DNA from: Candidatus Zymogenaceae bacterium
Lineage (GTDB): Bacteria; Desulfobacterota; Zymogenia; Zymogenales; Zymogenaceae
Reading direction: 5' to 3'
Length of the DNA: 64,000 bases
Assembly: GCA_016933535.1 (NCBI GenBank)
Contig: JAFGAS010000072.1
Location: forward strand, 1,410-65,409
Positions 57,925 to 64,000 of this stretch are shown here, one piece after another. Position numbers and translations under genes: made by a program. The notes beneath the pieces are model-generated. The model did no database searches, was not told the DNA's origin, and was given only the letters and a program-made list of their open reading frames with translations. The stretch's first letter is position 1, and each line of letters starts with the position of its first letter.

Positions 57925-58920
57925 TCATACGGGTAGCCGTATCTCGCCAAGGGCCGCCCGTGCGAGATCGCCCAAGAAGATCAGTGGTAGCGAGTGTTCG
58001 GACGCCACGTCCGTAAGCATATCCTTGCAGATCGGACAGAGATAGACAATAGCCTCCGCACCGGCTTCTTTTGCATCCAGCACGTTCTTTTCTCGATCGA
58101 CCCTGTCGTTGCCTTTCCCGTAGAGCAGACGAACGCTGGTACAGCAGAGCGCCTTTTCCCGGTCGTACGCCCTCTTAACCCTATTGGCTCCCGTAAGGTC
58201 GAACAACTCGTCAATATATCGCTCCGCCTCCGGGGTATAGCGCGAAGTGCAGGGTCGCTGGTAGGCAATCGATAGACCGAGCGACTTCACGCCATCGCCG
58301 TACTGTCGAAGATATTCGACCAGGTATTCGGCCAGGTGTACCGGACGAAAAGGAATGTCGATTCCGGCATCGGGCGCGATTCTGGCAAGAGCAGAATAAC
58401 AGTCTACATGGAAGCATACTACCTCCTTTGCCCCGGTCATCCCCAGACGATCAACCATTGATTGCAGGTGCTTTCTTTGGACACTGGGCGCCCCTAAATG
58501 CGGGAAAATGGACCAACAGAGATAGGGTTTCCCGCCGACGCGCGGTAAATCGTAGAGCTGGCCCTGGATAAGCTCGGGCTTTGATTTCTCATAGGAACAG
58601 GTCGTCATGATACGGTCCGCTTGGAGGACCCCTTTCACCTCACCCGCGAATAGGTTATCCTCCTCCATTGCCTCGACAACATGCTGCGGAACGAGAGAGC
58701 GATATTTTTCGTGGAGGGCGAGGTTCTGATCGCAGGGATTTGCGCCGTTTGGACACGTTTCGTTGCAGGCAAAACAGGTGATGCAGTTGTCAAGAACGGG
58801 GGTGTACTTTCCTTCCGTCATCTCTGTTCGCCAGTTTTTCGCCTGCGCAGGAGTAGCCTTCATCCATTGGCACTCCGTAAGGCATTTACCGCAGAGTTTG
58901 CATAGTTCCGGTCTGAACAT
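57925..58920 (-). CDS. (Fe-S)-binding protein with CCG domains (HdrD / GlcF family)
   Basis: N-terminal 2x[4Fe-4S] motifs (CKLCGKCLTEC; CITCFACNETCP) and a C-terminal CCG repeat (CCTSVRL...LCPICKDM). Confidence 0.75.
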   Translation of the reverse strand: MFRPELCKLCGKCLTECQWMKATPAQAKNWRTEMTEGKYTPVLDNCITCFACNETCPNGANPCDQNLALHEKYRSLVPQHVVEAMEEDNLFAGEVKGVLQADRIMTTCSYEKSKPELIQGQLYDLPRVGGKPYLCWSIFPHLGAPSVQRKHLQSMVDRLGMTGAKEVVCFHVDCYSALARIAPDAGIDIPFRPVHLAEYLVEYLRQYGDGVKSLGLSIAYQRPCTSRYTPEAERYIDELFDLTGANRVKRAYDREKALCCTSVRLLYGKGNDRVDREKNVLDAKEAGAEAIVYLCPICKDMLTDVASEHSLPLIFLGDLARAALGEIRLPV

Positions 58921-58940
58921 ATTAGCCTCCTTTACGACTC

Positions 58941-59378
58941 CTAATAGATATTACTGCCTATTACAGCGGTGGCCCTGATTTCGACAAGAAGCCCCGGCAT
59001 AACAAGTTCCCTTACCCCGACGGCCGTCCACGCAGGGAAGTTCTCACGGATAAACTCGGCCTTTACCTTTGAGAATGCCTTCATATCGGTCATGGACGTA
59101 TGGTATGTCACAAGCTCGACGATATCGTCCAGGGAACCGCCAGCCTCCCGAATAACGCGTGAAAGGTTCTCGAAGGCGCGCCTCGCCTGTTCCTCAATTC
59201 CTTCGCCGATCTTGAAGTCCTTGTCAATCCCTACCTGCCCCGAAATCCAAACGGTGTTACCGGCCCTGACCGCCTGCGAAAAACCCATAGCATTATAAAT
59301 TGCCTCCGAGCCTTGTGGATTGACGAGAACCTTACGATTGTTGGCATTATTGTAATTCGTTTTTTTTGGGGGATTCAT
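58941..59378 (-). CDS. ridA: RidA/YjgF family reactive-intermediate deaminase
   Basis: GNTVWISGQVG...R.FENL...AGGSLDDIV...YHTSMTD...AVGV.EL motifs, 145 aa. Confidence 0.85.
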   Translation of the reverse strand: MNPPKKTNYNNANNRKVLVNPQGSEAIYNAMGFSQAVRAGNTVWISGQVGIDKDFKIGEGIEEQARRAFENLSRVIREAGGSLDDIVELVTYHTSMTDMKAFSKVKAEFIRENFPAWTAVGVRELVMPGLLVEIRATAVIGSNIY

Positions 59379-59547
59379 AGGTTTCTCCTTTGCTTACATA
59401 CATTATGTTTACGGCAAAGCCATCCATTGACACCGAATTCCAAACCCTACATATTTTCCGTTGGAGAGCATGATAAGACTTGACGACCTCTCATTCAAGT
59501 GGTATTATTGACAATATTATGGCTGATAATGACTTCCGGGCAGACAT

Positions 59548-60537
59548 ATGAAGAAGATAGTTCTATACGCAAATGATACGACATCCCTCGCGAGTATCGC
59601 GGGAGCACAGGAGATATTTAGCTGCGCAAATATACTTTGGGAAATCCAGAATCCCGGCGCCGATCCGCTCTTTGAATGCTCGGTTGTCTCCCCGCAGAAG
59701 GATTACGGAGAGGTCTGTAAAGGATTGGGCATCACGTTCGGCTGTGAGATGAATCGGCATGAACGGGCCGACGCCGTTATTTCCACGGGGTTTCTCTATC
59801 GGGATGTCAATCATCTGATCGAGAAAATCGGAAACGCAAAATCGGCCCTGACATGGTTGCGCAGACACTATGACGAAGGAACGATTATCGGCGCAAGCTG
59901 CAGTGGAACGGTGCTTCTTGCCGAGACGGGACTGTTGGACGGAAAGAAATCCACGACGAGTTGGTGGTTGAACGGCTTCTTTCGATCGCGGTATCCAAAC
60001 ATAGAACTGCATATCGATCGAATCCTCGTTGAAAATGAGCGTCTCATCACGGCGGGCGCCATGACGTCGTATATATACCTGGTACTTGGACTCATCGAAC
60101 GATTCGTCGATAGGAAGATGGCCTTATCCTGTGCAAAGGTAATGTTGGTCGATATGAATAAAAACCATCAAGCTCCCTACTCCGTGCTCCAGGCCATTCT
60201 CGACCACCAGGATGACGTTGTACTCAAGGCTCAATACTGGTTGAACGAACGCCTTAACAAGACAATCGACATCCATGAGCTCGCCGACTACCTTGCCATG
60301 AGTTATCGCACTCTTTTGAGAAGGTTCAAGGTGGCAACCGGCGATACGCCAATTAGCTATGTTCAGAAGATCAGGATCGAGACGGCCAAACATCTTCTTG
60401 AGACAACAGCCCTGAACTTGGAAGGGATCATGGAGAGGGTGGGCTATACGGACCCGAGCTCATTCAGCCTCCTTTTCAAGCGACTGACGCACCTCACACC
60501 GAGGGAGTATCGGGACAGGTTTTCAGTAGGCGATTGA
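59548..60537 (+). CDS. GlxA-family transcriptional regulator (DJ-1/PfpI domain plus AraC-type HTH)
   Basis: N-terminal GATase1-like domain with IIGASCSGTVLLAETGLLDGKK, and a C-terminal AraC HTH (ETAKHLLETTALNLEGIMERVGYTDPSSFSLLFKRLTHLTPREYR). Confidence 0.85.
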   Translation: MKKIVLYANDTTSLASIAGAQEIFSCANILWEIQNPGADPLFECSVVSPQKDYGEVCKGLGITFGCEMNRHERADAVISTGFLYRDVNHLIEKIGNAKSALTWLRRHYDEGTIIGASCSGTVLLAETGLLDGKKSTTSWWLNGFFRSRYPNIELHIDRILVENERLITAGAMTSYIYLVLGLIERFVDRKMALSCAKVMLVDMNKNHQAPYSVLQAILDHQDDVVLKAQYWLNERLNKTIDIHELADYLAMSYRTLLRRFKVATGDTPISYVQKIRIETAKHLLETTALNLEGIMERVGYTDPSSFSLLFKRLTHLTPREYRDRFSVGD

Positions 60538-60840
60538 GCCTCATTATCATATCCCAGTTCATTCGAAATATTTGAGGCATAATTTTTCAGGAAGGCAATA
60601 ACGGACGGACCGCAACATCGTGATAAAATTGTTCTCAAATTGCATTTCAAATTTCGACAACGGTCCTTCTCCGAGGCAACAGGTTACTTATTACGGGGGG
60701 GGACGATACGGATTAATTAGGTAACATCCCCGTGTCAGTATCACGGCAGGAGAAGAGAAAAGGGAGGAGAAATCCTCTCCCCCCATGCTTCTTTATTCAA
60801 TGTCCGGGGAAAACGGACGGAATTCGATCAAGACTTCTGC

Positions 60841-61296
60841 CTATCCTTTACCCTTCTCTCCCTTTATGATAATCAGGTTTTCCAATCCCATCTCCTTGAG
60901 GATCACCGTGAACATCCCGAAGGCGGGACGCACCACGGGAAGCAGCTTCATCATCGCCGTGATCTTGCCGCCCTGCTTTACCCTCCCCCGCGTAACGGCG
61001 GCCACCGGGTTTTCAAAGCCGTGCCAGAAGCTGTGAGAGAAGTCCGCGGTTTGCTTGGACCAGACGTCTTCCTTGAGCTCGCACGGCCCCAGGTAGTAGT
61101 TACCGGATAGGCCTTCCTTCTTCGGCGGGTTTTTCAGGTCGATCGTGATCTCGGAGTCGGGATCGGTGTAGATGAACCTGATGATGATGCCGGCCTTGCT
61201 CATCTTGGGCCCGATCTTCGGGTCGGAAAGAATCCGCTCCATGAAGTAACCGTAGATCTTGTAGAGCTCATCGGCGTCTTTATAATACTTTCCCAT
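60841..61296 (-). CDS. SCP2 sterol-carrier-like domain protein
   Basis: 151 aa with an SCP2-like C-terminal helix, adjacent to acyl-CoA dehydrogenase. Confidence 0.55.
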   Translation of the reverse strand: MGKYYKDADELYKIYGYFMERILSDPKIGPKMSKAGIIIRFIYTDPDSEITIDLKNPPKKEGLSGNYYLGPCELKEDVWSKQTADFSHSFWHGFENPVAAVTRGRVKQGGKITAMMKLLPVVRPAFGMFTVILKEMGLENLIIIKGEKGKG

Positions 61297-61416
61297 ATAA
61301 GGCCTCCTTATTACTGCAGTTTGGGTCTATCGATCAGGCGTCATTGCCGGCCTCCCGGCTTTTCCTGTCGGGGCCGTGAGCGAAGCCTGCTTCGCCGGGT
61401 GAGTTACCGGTGAGTT

Positions 61417-62583
61417 CTACTTTCCCTTTCTCTGGTCAAATCGTCTCCCGAAGAGCATGCTTGCCATGGTGATCCGAAGCATCTGTACGGTGCCGCCGGC
61501 CACCCGCCAGGCCAGGGCATCGCGGGCCATTCGTTCCACGGGAAATTCCGCCGAATAGCCGTACCCGCCGAATATCTGCATCGCCGACGTGGCCACCTCT
61601 ACGGCCATCTCGTTGGCAAAGCACTTGCCCATGGCCGCCTCATAGACGGAGGGAAAGCCCCTGCCCGCCCCGCACGCCGCCCGGTAGACCAACAGCCGCG
61701 CCGCGTCCAGTTTCATGGCCATATCGACGATCTTGAACTGGATATCCTGAAACTCGCAGATGGGCCGCCCAAAGGCGTGCCGCTCCTGGGCATAAGACTT
61801 GGCGGCTTCCAGAGCACCCGCCGCGGTGCCCAGGCACATGGCGGAGTTTCCGCACCGCTCAACGTCAAAGGTAGACATGAGGTTGACAAACTCGCCCTGT
61901 TTGATGACCAGGTTTTCTTTGGGAACCTTCACGTCCTCAAAGATCAGGTCGCAAGACGGCATGGCCCTCAGCCCCATGAAGAGCTCCTGCTTGCCGAAGG
62001 AAAAGCCGGGCGTACCGTTTTCGACCAAAAGCCCGCCGATGCCCTTGTAGCCCGGGGTATCGCCGAGGCGGCAGTAGACCATATAGTGGCTGGCGTGCCC
62101 GCCGCCGGTAATAAAGGTCTTCGTGCCGTTGAGAAGATAATGGCCGCCCGCGTCCACGGCCTTGGTGGTAAGCGCCGTCAGGTCCGAACCCGCCTCCGGC
62201 TCCGTCATGCAGACCGAGACGGAAGACTCGCCCTTGCAGACCTTCGGTATGATCTCGCTCTTCTGTTTTTGGGACCCGAACCGGTCGATGACCCTAACCG
62301 GACCGACGTTGCTCTCGAAGACGGGCGCCGCGATCATCGGCGAGAACTTGGCCAGCTCCTCGACGGCCAGCACCGCGTTGAGGATCGGCTGTCCACCGCC
62401 GCCGTTTTCTTCGGAAAGCGTCATGCCCAACAGCCCCAGCTCGGCGTACTTTTCCATGAGGTGATACGGAAACTCGCCCGTGGCGTCGACCTTCTTTGCC
62501 AGATCCCTGAAATTCTCCCGTTCTCCCATCGTCCTCAGGGTCTCGATGAGCATCTTTTGTTCGTCGGTGAGGTTGAAATCCAT
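61417..62583 (-). CDS. acyl-CoA dehydrogenase
   Basis: ACAD fold (FANEMAVEVATSAMQIFGGYGY), 388 aa. Confidence 0.9.
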   Translation of the reverse strand: MDFNLTDEQKMLIETLRTMGERENFRDLAKKVDATGEFPYHLMEKYAELGLLGMTLSEENGGGGQPILNAVLAVEELAKFSPMIAAPVFESNVGPVRVIDRFGSQKQKSEIIPKVCKGESSVSVCMTEPEAGSDLTALTTKAVDAGGHYLLNGTKTFITGGGHASHYMVYCRLGDTPGYKGIGGLLVENGTPGFSFGKQELFMGLRAMPSCDLIFEDVKVPKENLVIKQGEFVNLMSTFDVERCGNSAMCLGTAAGALEAAKSYAQERHAFGRPICEFQDIQFKIVDMAMKLDAARLLVYRAACGAGRGFPSVYEAAMGKCFANEMAVEVATSAMQIFGGYGYSAEFPVERMARDALAWRVAGGTVQMLRITMASMLFGRRFDQRKGK

Positions 62584-62600
62584 TTTCCGTCCTTTGTGGG

Positions 62601-63968
62601 TTAGATGATTTTAGTGATCTCGCCAATATCCGTAACCGTCTCGAGGTTCAAGATCCCGTCTATGACGGCGTTAAGTTTCTTTTCGTCCCGATTTGCCGCG
62701 AATGCCCGCACCTTTTTGGCCACATCTTCGGCTGTCAGGGGGTCGCGCGGGTCGCCCGCGGGGATATCGACCTGTTTGGTGAGCACCTCGCCGCCTTTGA
62801 GGGTGATCTCGACACGGCTGGCGGTTTTATCCGGATAGAGCTTGTTAAGCTCGTCGTCGTAATTAACCGTCACCTTCTTGGTGAACTCGATTAACTCCGG
62901 ATCGGAAAGGCGTTTTTCGGTAAGCTGGGCCGGCCCGAGCATGCCGTCGGCGACGGCAGCCGATACGACGTACGGGATGGAGAACTGGGCGTTGACGAAG
63001 CTGTCGTTGAGTTTTACCTCTTTGCCGACGGCGATAACGGCAATCCCGTAGGTGAAGACTTCGACCTTTTGGACGTCTTTCGGGCCGAATTTATTTTCCG
63101 TCACCAGCCCGATCGCCGCCTGGGCCGACCCGTGGGTGTGCCTGCAGGCGGTATAGGGCTTGAAATAAATATCGAGGATCGACAGGCGCTCGCCGAGTGC
63201 GTCGGTGATGCGCTCCAGCGCCGCCGGCTGGTCGGTCGTAATCTTGCAGAAACCGCCGTTGAGCTTGGAACCCTCGAAAACGTTGGGCATCCCCGTAACC
63301 CCGGAGGCGGCAAGCACGGCGGCCAAAATCCCGCCCTGGGCGGCCTTGCCCCCCTGCACGACCTTTACGGTGAACCCCCCCATGAGCTGCTCGGCCATGG
63401 ACAGCGGCAGCACATAGCCGGCACAGCCGAGGGCCGAAAGCGTGGCCGTTTTTTCCAGCCCCATGAGCTTTGCCGCCGCGATCGCCGCGCCAAACGTGCC
63501 CGTGGTGCCGGTGGGCAGAAATCCCGAAAGGGTGTGCCGGGGGTGGACGGAGGCCGCCGCCCGGTCGGCCGCTTCGTAGCCCGCGACGACGGCGGCAATA
63601 ATATCTTTGCCCCCCTTGCCGTTTTTCTCGGCCAGTCCCAGCGCCGCCGGGATCACGGCAGTGCCCGGATGATTGCCGCCGAAACGCAGACCGTCCTGGG
63701 CCTCTATGGCCTCGGCCGTCACGCCGTTGAGGAACACGGCCTCGAGGATCGGGGCAGAAAACCCGAACCCGAGGCAGGTGACGGGACCCGGGCCTGCCAG
63801 CGACTTGACCGCCGACGCGATGCGGGAGACGGCGTCAAGCTGAAGCGATCCGTAAACATTGGCGACGTAGTCCAGGATGCAGATCTTTGCCTTTTCGACC
63901 ACGTCGGCCGGCAGCTTGTCGTAGGTAAGATCATGACAGAAATCCGAGAGGATCTTCGAGTATTCCAT
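62601..63968 (-). CDS. MmgE/PrpD family protein (2-methylcitrate dehydratase-like)
   Basis: The N-terminal MEYSKILSDFCHDLTYDKLPADVVEKAKICILDYVAN pattern and 455-aa length are typical of MmgE/PrpD. Confidence 0.8.
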   Translation of the reverse strand: MEYSKILSDFCHDLTYDKLPADVVEKAKICILDYVANVYGSLQLDAVSRIASAVKSLAGPGPVTCLGFGFSAPILEAVFLNGVTAEAIEAQDGLRFGGNHPGTAVIPAALGLAEKNGKGGKDIIAAVVAGYEAADRAAASVHPRHTLSGFLPTGTTGTFGAAIAAAKLMGLEKTATLSALGCAGYVLPLSMAEQLMGGFTVKVVQGGKAAQGGILAAVLAASGVTGMPNVFEGSKLNGGFCKITTDQPAALERITDALGERLSILDIYFKPYTACRHTHGSAQAAIGLVTENKFGPKDVQKVEVFTYGIAVIAVGKEVKLNDSFVNAQFSIPYVVSAAVADGMLGPAQLTEKRLSDPELIEFTKKVTVNYDDELNKLYPDKTASRVEITLKGGEVLTKQVDIPAGDPRDPLTAEDVAKKVRAFAANRDEKKLNAVIDGILNLETVTDIGEITKII

Positions 63969-64000
63969 GTATGCCTCTCCTCTATAAATAGCGTATATTT

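Noticed and set aside
61777-62604. 275-aa plus-strand ORF
   Set aside because: It is antisense to the acyl-CoA dehydrogenase 61417..62583.

Overview
This 64 kb window looks like chromosomal DNA from a high-GC (roughly 60%), probably anaerobic, Gram-negative bacterium; the gene content is deltaproteobacterium-like. It is densely coding and I found no rRNA, tRNA or CRISPR array. The recognisable genes fall into six groups. (1) A truncated PTS EIIA-Man gene at the 5' edge, followed by small membrane/Cys-rich proteins, a Tat-signal Cys-type arylsulfatase, a low-GC GT4 glycosyltransferase, a V4R-domain protein, a DUF2239 protein and a MarR regulator with a membrane partner. (2) A roughly 4.7 kb low-GC island (about 9.4-14.4 kb). 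Its left edge is a small GIY-YIG nuclease gene flanked by direct and inverted repeats, and it carries a membrane-anchored HerA-like (DUF87) ATPase followed by a 423-aa protein with no recognisable domain. This two-gene cassette is the best candidate for an undescribed system. (3) A long TetR-headed acyl-CoA catabolic (beta-oxidation-like) operon: acyl-CoA ligase, BKACE, DUF35/SCP-x thiolase pairs in a symmetric arrangement, a second ligase, MaoC, ACAD and 3-hydroxyacyl-CoA dehydrogenase. (4) A minus-strand mreBCD-mrdA-rodA cell-shape operon continued by archease, rtcB and an M23 peptidase. (5) DNA glycosylases, a BNR/sialidase-like protein, a PLP-decarboxylase, an alpha/beta hydrolase, a TetR regulator, HAD, MobA/MobB, an amidohydrolase, a response regulator, a second V4R protein, a DUF2156 protein and a bactofilin. 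(6) Fe-S proteins (QueG-like, HdrD/GlcF-like), RidA, a GlxA/AraC regulator, an SCP2 protein, a second ACAD and MmgE/PrpD. Irregularities worth a second look include an in-frame TGA in a metallophosphoesterase gene, a GNAT gene frameshifted in a C8 tract, two short duplicated gene fragments (hbd and SCP2 C-termini), REP-like palindromes and a perfect 17-bp inverted repeat. Coordinates of non-coding features are approximate (plus or minus 2 nt).
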